From the human T2T-CHM13v2.0 reference genome, Homo sapiens: DNA of 64,000 nucleotides. The first letter of the stretch is position 1. Each line of letters begins with the position of its first letter. Location of the stretch: assembly GCF_009914755.1 (NCBI RefSeq), contig NC_060930.1; one strand, given 5' to 3'. The position numbers were made by a program, and so were the translations under genes. Under the pieces are notes generated by a model that was not told the origin of the DNA, ran no database searches, and was given only the letters and a program-made list of their open reading frames with translations. Below are positions 14,720 through 30,800 of this stretch, one piece after another.

Positions 14720-14923
14720 CAGAGTTTCTCAGCCTCAACACAACTGACATTTTGGGTCACACAGTTTTCTGTTTTGTGGGGCTTGCCTGTGCAGGTGCTT
14801 GGCAGCATTTGTGGCCTCTACCCACTAGATGCCAGTAGTCCTCCAGCAGGTGGGCCAACCAAAATATCTCCAGACATATTAGATGTCCCCTGGGGATAAT
14901 GTCACCCCTATTGAGAATCACTG
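14720..14923 (+). mobile_element. MER20
   Basis: cagagtttctcagcctc...ctctacccactagatgccagtag...ttgagaatcactg, flanked by CTCTAGAT. Confidence 0.88.
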
Positions 14924-15079
14924 CTCTAGATAAGCAGCATTTTTTTTCTAAGCTTACTGCAAATTTCTGACACAAATTGATCTTCCATATCTATCTGCAT
15001 AGAAACATATGAAGGAGCCAACTTGACAAAATCTTTATTGAAAACACAGAAATAATTTAAAAACAAACAATCTACAAAC

Positions 15080-15405
15080 TCTCACCTCCACCCAGTCTGC
15101 CCAACAAAACATACTTGTACTCATACACCCTGTCTTCTCTCTCTTACAGTAACTGTTGGTCCTCCTTTCTAAGGCTAATTCCTCCATCCCAACACAATCT
15201 CATTCTCTCTTAGCTAATCAAGGACTTCACTACAGTAACTCTTTCCCCACTGCATCACCAATTTTTCTTTACTAGGTCAGATCCATTAATAACATGTAGC
15301 TATTATTTCTCGAATCTTAAACAAAATAAACCTTCCTCTTCCTCACATCCCCTTCTAGTTACTGTTCACATTTCTTGGATACCATTTATAGAAAACCTCG
15401 TTGAG
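15080..15405 (+). mobile_element. L2 ORF2 fragment
   Basis: ctaaggctaattcctcc...tattatttctcgaatcttaaa L2 motifs. Confidence 0.65.
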
Positions 15406-15407
15406 AG

Positions 15408-15638
15408 CAATGAGAACACATGGACACAGGGAGAGGAACGACACACACCGGGACCTGTCACGGGCGAAGGCGGAGGGAGAGCATCAGGATAAATAGCTAA
15501 TGCATGCAGGGCTTAATACCTAGGTGATGGGTTGATAGTTGCAGTAAACCACCATGGCATGCATTTGCCTGTGTAACAAACTAGCACATCCTGCGCATGT
15601 ATCCGAGAACTTAAAATAAAATAAAGTTTTTTTAAATG
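15408..15638 (+). mobile_element. Heavily 5'-truncated older L1PA (about L1PA10) 3' end
   Basis: L1PA 3' UTR ending aacttaaaataaaataaa. 18-bp TSD agaaaacct(c/t)gttgagag at 15390-15407 and 15639-15656. Confidence 0.88.
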
Positions 15639-15693
15639 AGAAAACCTTGTTGAGAGATATAACCCTTCAGATTCTAGAATTATGATGAATTCA

Positions 15694-16077
<384 letters not shown>

Positions 16078-17384
16078 CTAAAAGCAGTCAGAGGGGGGGA
16101 AAAAAAGCAGTTAACCTACAAAGGAAACTATTGATTTCTTATAGCAACAGTGAAAGCCAGAGGAAAGCTGAATAATATCTTGGCAGTGCCTGGGCAAGGA
16201 AAGGGTGCTGCCTACTCTTGAAGGCTCCACTGAAGGGTGAAGCCTCCACTGAAAGGGTCGCATCCTTCTGCGGTGCTAACTTAGTTGTATCATCTTTAAA
16301 AGACAAATAATGACAGTTAACACAGTACTTGCATTGCTTACCTTATAGTGCAATCACTTCATGTTGCAACAACGGAGGTAGTCTGGTCTCAGCATCTAGG
16401 CAGGTAACAATTCATCTATATCCTGCTTTTTGTGGTATTAGAAGCAAGGGTACCTGCTTAGAATGAAAGGGTGGAGATGCTTCAGGCAGGGAATAGAGAG
16501 TGGCTCAGTAGCTCTGCATCCCCTTTACTGTTTTGTCTAGAAAATACTCTTTTGGCAGCCTGTGTTATCAGCACTTTGACAGTACTCAGTGGAAACAATG
16601 AGCTAAAAGTTTCTGCATACTCTTTAATCCCCAGAGTACCTACAGCACACAGTATACTTCCCAAAAGTGGTGTCTGTAACTCCAAGGAAACGCAAATTAA
16701 AAAAGTAGCAGAGCTGCATAATGGTAGAGAGTGATGATGTCAATACAATAATGCAATATGAAACACTATTTTTAGGAGGATATTTTAGGAAGTAAATATT
16801 TCAGTAACCTGAGGCTGCACTGTCTTCAAGATCTCAGCTCCAGTGTTTCTTATAATTAATTTGCTAATAGTGTCAAAGATTCAAAGTTTGACATCAATCC
16901 ACTATTTCAAGTTCATCCCTTTACAAACATCATTTCCACTCATTTGGCTTTCCAGAAATGTTTAGTGGAGTGGGAGATAAAGGAATGGATGCTAAAGTCA
17001 ACAAGAATAGATTAATAAATAACCAGAAGTCTATTTTCTGTGCCACACTCATTAATGGTGGACTATCACTGCTGCTCCTTTTACTGTTGCAGGATTGTGA
17101 ATGACTGAGAGTGCTTATGAGTTGTAATGTTGTAATCAATTTTGTTTCATTTTTAAATTTTAAAGATGAATAAATGTTTAATTCAGAAGAAAGCAAATAT
17201 AAATGAATAAATTATCAGTGGTGGATCTTCTCTGAAGTACACAAATGAGATTAATGCTCTAAGCACTTCTGTTCATAACACACAGTATTGATCAAATTAA
17301 GAGCAGGCAAAACAAAGCACAGGTGAAAATTCCAAAACCCTGTTTAGGTTAATGACATTAAAATCTGTAAACTTTACATACTGG

Positions 17385-17731
17385 ATATTTTAAATTGTTA
17401 AGTTATACTATAACATTCATCTTTTAAAACGTATACAATTCACCAGTTTTTATACACTCACACAGTATTTTACCACCCCAAGAAGAAACCCCATACCCAT
17501 AAGCAATCACTCCACATACCCTTATACTTCAGCCCTTATCAATTACTAATCAATTTTCTCTACAGATTTGCCTATTCTGGACATTTTACATAAGTGGAAT
17601 AACACAATATATGGCCTTTTTTGTGTCTGGCTTCTTTCACATAGCCCGATGTTTTTAAGGTTTATCCAAGTTGAGACATGTATCAGTACTTCATTCATTT
17701 TTTATTGTCAAGTAGCATTTCATATATGAAT
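17385..17731 (-). mobile_element. L1MB-like 3' end (host of THE1B)
   Basis: aagaaaccccatacccat...gatttgcctattctggacattt. Confidence 0.75.
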
Positions 17732-19936
17732 TGATATAGTTTGGCTGTGTCCCCACCAAAATCTCATCTTGAACTGTAGCTCCTATAATTCCCACATATT
17801 GTGGGAGGGACCCAGTGGGAGGTAATTGAATCACAGGGGCAGAACTTTCCTGTGCTGCTCTCTTGATAGTGAATAAGTCTCACAAGATCTGATGGTTTTA
17901 TAAAGGGTAGTTCCCCCACATATGCTGTCTTGCCTGCCACCATGTAAGGTGTGCCTTTCTCCTCCTTTGCCTTCCCCCATTATTGTGAGGCCTTCCCAGC
18001 CATGTGGAACAGTGATTCCATTAAACCTCTTTTTCTTTATAAATTACCCAGTCTCAGATATGTCTTTATTAACAGCATGAGAACTAATATAGTAAATTGG
18101 TACTGGTAGAATGGGGTGCTGCTGTAAAGATACTTAAAAATGTGGAAGTGACTTTGGAACTGGGTAACAGGTGAGGTTGGAACAGTTTGGAGGGCTCAGA
18201 AGAAGATAGGAAATGTGGGAAAGTTTGCAACTTCCTAGAGACTTGGAGGGTTCAGAAGACAGGAAGATGTGGGAAAGTTTGGAACTTCCTAGAGATTTGT
18301 TGAATGGATTTGACCAAAATTCTGATAGGGATGTGAAAAATGAAATCCAGGCTCAGGTGGTCTCAGATGGAGATGAGGAACTTCTTGGTAACTGGAACAA
18401 AGGTCACTCTTGCTGTGCAAAGAGACTGGCAGCATCTTGCCCATGCCCTAGAGATCTGTGGAACTTTGAACTTGAGAGAGATTATTTAGGGTATCTGGCA
18501 GAAGAAATTTCTAAGCACCAAAGCCATCAAGAGGAAGCAGAGCAGAAAAGTTTGAAAAATGTGCAGCCTGGTGATGCAGTAAAAAAGAAACAAACATTTC
18601 CTGGGGAGAAATTTAAGTCTGCTGAAGTTTGCATAAGTAACAAGGAGTCAAATGTAAATCACCAAGACAATGGGAAAAAATATCTCCAGGCCATGTCAGA
18701 GACTTTCATGGCAGCCCCTCCCATAACAGGCCTGGAGACTTAGGAGAAAAAATTGGTTTCATGGGCCTGGCCCAAGGCCCCAGTGCTCTATGAAGCCTTG
18801 GAACATGGTGCCCTGTGTCCCAGCTGCTTCAGCTCCCACTGGGATTAAAAGAGGCCAATGTACAACTCAGGCCATTGCTTCAGAGGGTGCAAGCCCCAAG
18901 CATTCGCAGCTTACATGTGGTGTTGGGCCTGCAGGTGTACAAAATCAGGAATTGAGGTTGGAGAACCTCCGCCTAGATTTCAGAGGATATATGGAAACAC
19001 CTGGATGCCCAGGCAGGAGTTTGCTGCAGGAGCAGGTCTCTCATGGAGAACCTCTGCTAGGGCAGTGTAAAAGAGAAATGTGGGGTCAGATTCCCAACAG
19101 AGTGCTCACTGGGGCACCACCTAATGGAGCTGTGAGAAGAAGGCCACCATCCTCCAGACCCCAGAATGGTAGATCCACTGATAACTTGCACCATGCACCT
19201 GGAAAAGCTGCACACACTCAATGCCAGCCTGTGAAAGCAACCAAGAGAAGGGCTGTACCCTGCAAGGCCACAGGGGCAGAGCTGCCCAAGGCTGTGGGAG
19301 CCCACCTCTTGCATCAGCATGACCTAGATATGAGACATGGAGTCAAAGGAGATCATTTTGGAACTTTAATGTTTAATGACTGCCCTATTGGATTTTGGGC
19401 TTGTATGGGGCCTATAGCCCTTCATTTTGGCCAGTTTCTCTCATTTGGAATGGGTATATTTACCCAATGCCTGTACCCCCATTGTTTTTGGGAAGTAACT
19501 AACTTGCTTGTGATTTTACAGGCTCATAGGGGGAAGGGACTTGCCTTTTCTCAGATGAGACTTTGGACTGTGGACTTTTGACTTCATGCTGAAATGAGTT
19601 AAGACTTTGGGGGACTGTTGGGAAGGCATGATTGGTTTTGAAATGTGAGGACATGAGATATGAGAGGGGCTGGGGCTGAATGACATGGTTTGCTGTGTCC
19701 CCACCCAAATCTCATCTTGAATTGTACCTCCCATAATTCCCACATGTTGTGGGAGGGACCCAGTGGGAGGTAATTGAATCATGGGGGTGGGTCTTTCCCA
19801 TGCTGTTCTCAGTATAGTGAATATGTCTCACAAGATCTAATGGTTTTATAAAGGGTAGTTTCCCTGCACATGCTCTCTTGCCTACTGCCACATAAGACGT
19901 GACTTTGTCCTCCTTTGCCTTCCACATGATTGTGAG
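17732..19936 (+). mobile_element. THE1B MaLR provirus: 5' LTR 17732-18091, internal 18092-19680, truncated 3' LTR 19681-19936
   Basis: LTR start tgatatagtttggctgtgtcccc repeated at 19681. THE1-int ORF remnants (MWESLELPRDLLNGFDQN). The 3' LTR stops at catgattgtgag. Confidence 0.93.
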
Positions 19937-19939
19937 TCT

Positions 19940-20162
19940 AGGGCTAGGGGAGGGAGTTCCCCAACCCCTTGTGATTCCCGGGTGAGGAGACACCCCACCC
20001 TGCTTCGGCCTGCCCTCTATGGGCTACACCCACTATTTAACCAGTCCCAGTGAAATGAGCTGTGTACCTCAGTTGGAAATGCAGAAATCACCCACCTTCT
20101 GCACTGATCTCACTGGGAGCTGCAGACTGGAGCTGTTCCTATTTGGCCATCTTGCCAGCCAC
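19940..20162 (-). mobile_element. Isolated extreme 5' end (5' UTR) of an L1PA7/8-like element
   Basis: Minus strand ggctggcaagatggccaaataggaacagctccagtctgcagctcccag is the L1PA start, with the YY1 motif at 20145-20154. Confidence 0.88.
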
Positions 20163-20259
20163 CTCAAGTTAATTTTTTTATACTGTGAAAGGTAGGGGCC
20201 CAGTTTCATTCTTCTGCATAAGGGTAGCCAGCTATCCCAGCACAAATATAAATTTAATA

Positions 20260-21070
20260 AAGTTAACATCTTTGATAAAATTGATGGATTTATTGAAATA
20301 CATGAAATACTGGACCTGATTCAAAACATAGAATTCTAAACATCTTTTTATATCTACAAAATAAATTGATTCCCAATTTTACAAACTCTTCACATAAAAC
20401 TCTAAGCCCAATTAGTCTCTCTGGTAAATTCTATCAAACAGATTAGAAATAAATAATACCAACCTACAAAAACTCTTTTTGAAAATATAGAAGGAAGAAA
20501 CACTGCTTTTCAATTCTTTTTATGAGGGCAGCATAATCTCAGTACTAAAACCTGAAAAAAATTTAATAAGAAAATTATGGACCAATATATTTCATAAACT
20601 TTGAAAAAGTCCTTCATAAATTATTAGCAAATTAAATCATGCAGTACATAACAATGGCAATACAAAATAATGAGGTGGACTTTATCTCAGAAATTCAGGG
20701 TTACATTTGGAGATCAATCAATGTAATTGGCTGCAACAAAAGAAAAGTAGAAATATTATGTAATCATAATATTTTTTGATTGCAGAAAAGTCATTTGATA
20801 AGATTCAGCATCCGTTTGTGATAAAAACAAAATCTCTCAGCAATTAGGAATAGAAGTTAAATTCCTCAATTTGCTATACAGGGAGTGTGTAAAACCTACT
20901 GCTAACATCAAATTTGATGATTAAGTGATAAAGACTTTTACTTTAAGATGAGGAGAAAGGTAAGGATGTTTGTCTTGCCATTTTTATTCCATATTGAACT
21001 GGAGGACTTATTAAATAGATAAAGGCAAGAAAAAGACAGAGATAAGGATTGGAAAGAAGGAGATGAACTG
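20260..21070 (+). mobile_element. Old L1M ORF2 (RT region) fragment
   Basis: ggtaaattctatcaaaca, gcagaaaagtcatttgataagattcagcatcc, aaaacctactgctaacatca. Confidence 0.75.
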
Positions 21071-21087
21071 TGAAGCTGAGCACTGTG

Positions 21088-21555
21088 TTTACCCTCTGCC
21101 AAAGGCTCCATATAGTATCCCTATCTACTACTAACACTTTAAGCAACTTCAGATCTGCTGGATCATATGGCCCAACTGGCACAGTAGCTTGTACAGCAGC
21201 CTGTACTGCTGCAGAGCCTTCTCTTCTTCTGGGCTCCAATCAAAATTGATAGTTTTTGAGATCTTACAATAACTAGGTTGGAATAACATACTCAAAAGAG
21301 ATATATATTGCCTCCAAAATCCAAAGAGGCCTGTTAGGTGTTGTGAATTTTCCTTAGCGTTAAGAGAGGGTAGATATAGCAACTTCTTTGCCTTGAATGG
21401 GGTATCTTGACATGTCCCAGACAACTAGATTCCTAGAAATTTCACTAGGATAACTGCTAATTTTTGTGGACTTTTATTTCTTACTCATGTACAAGCAAGT
21501 GTCTTACTAATGTGTCTAGATTAGTTGCTAATTCTTGGTCACGAGTTCCAATTAC
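21088..21555 (-). mobile_element. ERVL pol fragment (RT/connection region)
   Basis: ORF remnants HLTGLFGFWRQYI, FDWSPEEEKALQQ, AAVQATVPVGPYDPAD. Confidence 0.8.
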
Positions 21556-21556
21556 A

Positions 21557-21856
21557 TATTATGGGTTAATGTGTGTCCCCCCAGAAGTCAAATATTGAAG
21601 TTCTAACCCCCAGTACCAGAATGTGACCTTATTTGGAAAGAGATCTAATTTTAAGATCAAGTCATGCTGGAGTAGGTGGACTCCTAATCCAATATAACTG
21701 GTATCCCCATAAAAAGGGAAATTTTGGAAATTTGGACACAGAGATGCACATAGGAAGAATACCATGTGAATATGAAAGCAAAGGTAAGGATGATACAGCC
21801 ACAGCCAAGGAAAACCAAAGACTGGCAGAAAATCACCAGAAGCTGAGAGAGAGGCT
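21557..21856 (+). mobile_element. MLT1B-like MaLR LTR (3'-truncated)
   Basis: tatgggttaatgtgtgtcccc...gaatgtgaccttatttggaaa...agccaaggaaaaccaaaga. Confidence 0.8.
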
Positions 21857-22526
21857 TCATAGTCATCCCACATCTACTCACTCCTGGCCCCAGAAAAAAA
21901 TAGTGATCTTCTATCACCACAAGTTTCTTCTTGTTCTAGAGTTTCATATAAATGAAATAAGGAGTGTGTACTCTTTCCATCTGGATTCTTTTTCTCAGCT
22001 TAATATTTGGAGATATTGTTTGTGTATAGTAGTCCATTATATTGTATTGCTGAGTAGTATTTTATTGTATGGTTATAGCATAATTTGTTTATTCATTTAC
22101 TTACTGGTATACATTTGAGTTGTTTTTGGTTTGGAGCTATCAAGAACAAAGCTGCTATACATTTGTATAGTCTTGCTGTGGACACATTTTTATTTCTGTT
22201 GAGGAAATACCAAGGAGAAGAGTTGTTGGGTTATGTAGTAAGTATACAGTTACTTTTAAGGAAAAGATTATTAAGATGTTGGCTGTTCATTGCAGTCTGA
22301 AATAATAACATTTATGTGTAAATATCCAATAGGTATTTTGATATATATATACACATAGAACTATAGATTGAGATGTATTCCTATTAAACAGCATCAATAC
22401 TGGAAAAGAGTACAAAATAATAAGTTTAGACATGGATAGCCATAAGTGGGAAAAGAAGGGTCAGGAAAAGGAAATCAGCAAAAGAACCAGAAATTAAAAT
22501 AGGAAAATTAGAAAAATATGAAGTCA

Positions 22527-24272
<1,746 letters not shown>

Positions 24273-25213
24273 AAAAAATTTCTAGAGGACAAGGAAAATG
24301 GCACTTCATTGGTACTAATATTTATATTTTCACCATTCTTATAAATTATTTTCTCTCATCCTGATGAAATTGTCATATGGTTTTTGTCTTTTGCCTGTTA
24401 ATATGGTGAATTACATGCATTGATTTTCAAAAATTAAACTAAGCTTGCATTCCTGGGATAAAGCCCCCAGAGCCATAGTGTAATCTACTTTTAATATATT
24501 GTAAGATTTGATTTGCCAAAATTTTGCTGAGAATTTTTGCATCTGTATTCATGAAGGGTACCGATCTGTAGTTTTCTGTTCTTGTGGTGCTCTTTCTTGA
24601 TTTTAATGTTGCTTCATAAAATGAGTTGGGAATTGTTTTCTACTTTTTCATTTTTCTGGAAGAGTTTGGACAGAACTGGCATCATTTCTTCCTTAAAGGT
24701 TTGGTAGAATTCCCCAATGAAGCCACCTGGGCCTGAAATTTTCTATGTGGGGAATTGCTTTTCTTGTTTGTTTGTTTGTTAACTATAAATTTAATTTCTG
24801 TAAAATACATAGGGCTATTCAGGATAGCTATTTCTTCTAAGTAAGCTTTGGTAGTTTATGTTTCAAATACTTTTTCCATTTTATCTAAATTGTCAATTTT
24901 GTTGGCATGAAGTTGTTCATATCATCCCCTAATTTTCCCTTTAATGTTTAGCATCTGCTGGGAGATTCCCTTCTCTCATTCTTGATATTGGTAATTTGTG
25001 TTATCTCTTTTTTCCACATCAGTCTGGCTAGAGGTTTGTCCATTTTATTTATTTTTTTTCCAAAGAGCCAGCTTTTAATTTCATTAATTTTCACTATTTT
25101 TCTTTTTTTATTTTATTGTTTTCTAATCTTATCATTATCATTCCATTCTTCTGCTTACTTTGTATTTATTTTTTCTTTCACACATTTCTGAAATTCAAAG
25201 CTGAGGTATTTAT

Positions 25214-25342
25214 GGCCAGGTGCAGTGGCTCATGCCAATAATCCCAGCATTTTGGGAGGTCGAGGCAGGCAGATCATTTGAGCCCAGGAGTTTGAGACCA
25301 GCCTGGGCAACACAGCAAGACCCTGTCTCTAAAAAAATAAAA
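25214..25342 (+). mobile_element. FLAM_C / AluJ left monomer
   Basis: Single arm ggccaggtgcagtggctc...gaccctgtctct with A-tail. Confidence 0.85.
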
Positions 25343-25403
25343 CGACAAACACTTAGGTCATTAATTTCCGACATTTCTTTTATTTTCTCATATAGGAATT
25401 TAG

Positions 25404-25781
<378 letters not shown>

Positions 25782-26688
25782 TTAATATACTTTCTGATTT
25801 TTATTTTGATTTCTTCTTTGACAACAGGTTATGTATAAGTATGATATTTAGCTTACCATATTTTTTGTATTTTCCAGACTTCTTTCTGTTATTGATTCCT
25901 AATTCTGGCCAGAAAACATACTCTGATTTGAATACTTTTAAGCTCATTAAGACTTGTTTTTAAGGCACAGAATAGTGTCTGTTTTGGTCAATGTTCTGTG
26001 TGTACATAAAAAAAAATGTCTATTCTTCTGTTGTGTATAAGTGACATTTGGGTCAAGTTGGTTGAAGGTGTTGCTCAAGTCTTCTACACACTTATTGATT
26101 TTCTGTCTCATTGTCCTGTCAATTATTAAGAGTGGTGTTGAAATCTCTCACTGTAATTCCGGATTTTTGCATTTCTCTTTCAAATTCTGTTTTGCTTCAT
26201 GTGTTTTGAAACTGTCATTAGCTTCACAAATTTTGATGACTTGACCCTGTTATCACTCATTATCACTGGTAATATTTTTTGCTTTGAAATCTATTTTATA
26301 TTTATATAACTACTTCAGCTTTGTTTTTATTAGTTGTAACATAATATATGTTTTACACACTTTTACTTTTGACCTACTTATATCTTCATATTTAAAGTGG
26401 GCTTCTTTCAGGCAGTATGTAGTTTGTTTTCGCTTTTTTATCTAATCTGAATACCTTGCTTTTTTACTGGCATGTTTTGGCCACTGCATTTTACTGTAAT
26501 TATTAGAATGGTTGAACTTATATCCAAATCTACCATCATGCTATTTATTATTTGCCCTATCTATTCTTTCTTATGTTTATGCCTCCTTTTGAATTTAGTA
26601 TAATTTATGATTCCATTTTATATGTTGTTGGCTATACCTATTTGTTCTTTTCTTTTTTTGTGGGGGGGGGTTGCTAAAGTTTTAAAAT

Positions 26689-27281
26689 TGCATTCGTTTT
26701 CTATTATTGCATAACAAATGACCACAACCTTGGTGACTTAGAACAATCAAGTCTATTATCTCATATTTTTAGGAATATAAAAGTCCAGGCATAATGTGGC
26801 TGAATTCTTGGCCCAGGATTTCACCAGGCTGACATGAAGATGCCAGTTGGGGCTCTAGTACTAATCTAGAGCTGTGGGCCCTCTTCTAAGGTCACTGGCA
26901 GGATTCACTTTCTTATCGTAGGGTGGAGGTCCCAGTTCTCCTGTTAGCTGTTAGCCAGGGACCTCTCTCAACATTTGGAGGCCATCAGTTCATAACATGG
27001 ATGTTTGCTTTCTTTCTGGCCTACCACAATACGTCTCCATAATTTCCTCCTTGGTAACCAGCCAGAGAAATCTGTGCATTTAAAAGTCTTGTGTGGTTAG
27101 TTCAGGTGCACCTGGATAATCACCCTATCTTAAGGTCAGTTGATTTTGGTTTGGGATCCTAATTACATTTATACTTCACAAGAGTATCTAGATCAGTGTT
27201 TATCTGAGTAACTGACAAAAGGTTTGTGTATTCCCCAGGCCAAGAATTTTACCAAGGCCACCTTAGAATTCTGTCTGGCAT
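26689..27281 (-). mobile_element. MLT1E-like MaLR LTR
   Basis: ttgcataacaaatgaccacaa...ctatcttaaggtcagttgatt...ccaccttagaattctg. Confidence 0.72.
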
Positions 27282-27839
27282 TGAATTTAACACAATCTAC
27301 ATTCAAGTAATATTATATCACTAACAATACTGTAAGGATCTTATAAAAAGTATGCTTAGATTCTCTATACAAGCTTTGTGTTTTTGTCATACATTTTACT
27401 TTTACATATATAAATTTCTTTGTATACATACCTTACAAGACATTATTTTATTTTAAGCAGCATGTTATCTTTAAATACCTTTTTAAAATAAAAAAATTAA
27501 TATTTACTCACACATTTACCATTTCTGCTGCTCTTCAGCTCTTCATTCTTTAGTGCAGGTCCAAATTTTCGTTTTATATTATTTTCCTTCTGCTTCAAGT
27601 ATTTTCTTTATCATTTTCAAAATGTAGTGATAAGTTACATTAGTGATAAGTTATTTAGGTTTTCTTTAATTTTTCTGCTATGTTGTATAGTTTTCCACTT
27701 GGAAGACTTACACATCTTTCATTAAATGTATTCCTTCACATTTTTTATTTGTGCTATTGTAAATGGAATCTTAACTTCCCAATTTTTATATATAAAAATA
27801 CAATTGACTGTTGTATATTAATCTGGAGTTCTGTACCTT

Positions 27840-30800
27840 TCTTTTTTAAAATTTTTTAAATTTTACTTTAAGTTCTAGGATACAAGTGCAGAACCTGTAG
27901 GTTTGTTACCTAGGTATACATGTGTCATGGTGGTTTGCTGCAGCTATCAACCCTCCATCTAGGTTTTAAGCACCGCATCCATTAGCTGTTTGTCCTAATG
28001 CTCTCCCTCCCCTTGCTCCCTATCCCCCAACCGGCCCCGGTGTGTTGTTCCCCTCCCTGTGTCCATGTGTTCTCATTGTTCAACTCCCACTTATGAGTGG
28101 GAACATGCAATGTCTGGTTTTCTATTCCTCTGTTAGTTTGCTGAGGATGATGGCATCCAGCTTCATTCATGTCCCTGCAAAGGACATGATCTCATTCCTT
28201 TTTATGGCTGCGTAGTGTTCCATGGTGTATATGTACTACATTTTCTTTATCCAGTCTATCATTGATGGGGATTTGGATTGATTCCATGTCTTTGCTATTG
28301 TAAATAGTGCTGCAATAAACATACGTGTGCCTGTGTCTTTATAGTAGAATGATTTATATTCCTTTGGGTATATACCCAGTAATGGGATTGCTGGGTCAAA
28401 TGGTATTTCTGGTTCTAGATCCTTGAGGAATCACCACACTGTCTTCCACAATGGTTGAACTAGTTTACATTCCCACCAACAGTGTAAAAGCGTTCCTATC
28501 TCTCCACAGCCTCACCAGCATCTATTGTTTCTTGACTTTTTAATAATTGCCATTCTGACTGGTGTGAGATGGTATCTTATTGTGGCTTCGATTGCCATTG
28601 CTGTAATGATCTGTGATGAGCTTTTTTTTTTCATATGATTGTTGGCCTCATAAATGTTTTTATTTTTGAGACGTATCTGTTGATATCCTTTGCCCACTTT
28701 TTGATGGGGTTGTTCATTTTTTTCTTGTAAATTTGTTTAAGTTCCTCGTAGATTCTGGATATTAGACCTTAGTCAGATGGGTAGATTGCAAAAATTTCCT
28801 CCCATTCTGTGGGTTGCCTGTTCACTCTGATGTTGTTTCTTTTGCTGTGCAGAAGCTCTTTAGTTTAATTAGATCCAATTTGTCAATTTTGGCTTTTGTT
28901 GCAATTTCTTTTGGTGTTTTCATCATGAAGTCTTTGCCCATGCCTATGTCCTGAATGGTATTGCCTAGGTTTTCTCCTAGGGTTTTTATGGTTTGGGGTT
29001 TTACATTTAATTATTTAATTCATCTTGGGTTAATTTTTGTATAAGGTATAAGGAAGGGGTCCAGTTTCAGTTTTCTGCATATGGCTAGCCAGTTTTCCCA
29101 CACCATTTATTAAATAGGGAAGCCTTTCTCCATTGCTTGTTTTTGTCAGATTTGTTGAGGATTAGATGGTTGTACATGTGTGGTATGGTGTTATTTCTGA
29201 GGTGTCTATTCTGTTCCGTTGGTCTGTATGTCTGTTTTGGTACCAGTACCATGTTGCTTTCGTTACTATAGCCTTGTAGTATAGTTTGAAGTCCAGTAGC
29301 GTGATGCCTCCAGCTTTGTTATTTTTGTTTAGGATTGTCTTGGCTATATGGGCTCTTTTTTGGTTCCACATGAAATTTAAAGTAGCTTTTTCTACTTCTG
29401 TGAAGAATGTCAATGTTAGTTTGATGGGAATAGCATTGAATCTATAAATTACTTTGGGCAGTATGTCCATTTTCATGATACTGATTCTTGCTATTCATGA
29501 GGCTGGAATGTTTTCCCATTTGTTTGTGTCCTCTCTTATTTTCTTGAGCAGTGGTTTGTAGTTCTCCTTGAAGAGGTCCTTCACATCCCATGTTAACTGT
29601 ATTCCTAGCTATTTTATTCTCTTTGTAGAAATTATGAATGGGAATTCATTCATGATTTGGCTCTCTGCTTGTGTATTGTTGGTGTATAGGAATGCTTGTG
29701 ATTTTTGCACCTTGATTTTGTATCCTGACACTGCTGTAGTTGCTTATCAGCTTAAGGAGTTTTGGAGAGATGCTAGGGTTTTCTAAATATATCATCATGT
29801 CATCTGCAAACAGAGGCAATTTGACTTTCTGTCTTCCTATTTGAAAATGCTTTATTTCTTTCTATTGCGATTGCCCTGGCCAGTACCTCCGATACTATGT
29901 TGAATAGGAGTGGTGAGACAGGGCATCCTTGTCTTGTACCAGTGTTCAAAGGGAATGCTTCCAGCTTTTGCCCATTCCGTCTGATATTGGCTGCGGGTTT
30001 GTCATAAATAGGTCTTACTATTTTGAGACATGTTCTATGAATACCTAGCTTATTGAGAGTTTTTAACATGAATGGATGTTGGATTTATCAAAGGCCTTTC
30101 CTGCATCTATTGGGATAATCGTGGTTTTTGTCATTGGTTCTGTACTTGTGATGGATTACATTTAATTAATTTGCATATGTTGAACCAGCCTGCATCCCAG
30201 GGATGAAGCTGACTTGATCGTGGTGGATAAGCTTTTTGGTGTGCTGCCTGATTCAGTTTGCCGGTATTTTATTGAGGATTTTCACATTGATGTCCATTAG
30301 AGATATTGCCCTGAAGTTGTCTTTTTTGTGTGTGTATCTGCCAGGTTTTGGTATATGATGATGCTGGCCTCATAAACTGAGTTAGGGTGGAGTCCCTCCT
30401 TTTCAACTGTTTGGAATAGTTTCAGAAGGGATGGTACCAGCTCTTCTTTGTACCTCTAGTAGAATTTGGCTGTGAATCTGTCTGGTCCTGGGTTTTTCAT
30501 AGTTGGTAAGCTATTAATTACTGCCTTAATTTCAGAATTTGTTATTGATCTATTCAGGGATTTGACTTGTTCCTGGTTTAGTCTTGGGAGGGTGTATATG
30601 TCCAGGAATTTATCCATTTCTTCTAGGTTTTCTAGTTTATTTGCATTAAGGTGTTTATAGTATTCTCTGATCGTAGTTTGTATTTCTGAGGGGTCAGTGG
30701 TGACATCCCCTTTATCTTTTTTATTGTGTCTATTTGATTATTCTGTCTTTTCTTCTTTATTAGTCTAGCTAGTGGTGTATCTATTTTGTTAATTTTTTCA

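Noticed and set aside
18213-19581. 176-aa and 263-aa ORFs, and the 201-aa ORF at 44129-44734, as novel genes
   Set aside because: They are frameshifted remnants of the THE1 internal region, found in both THE1 copies.
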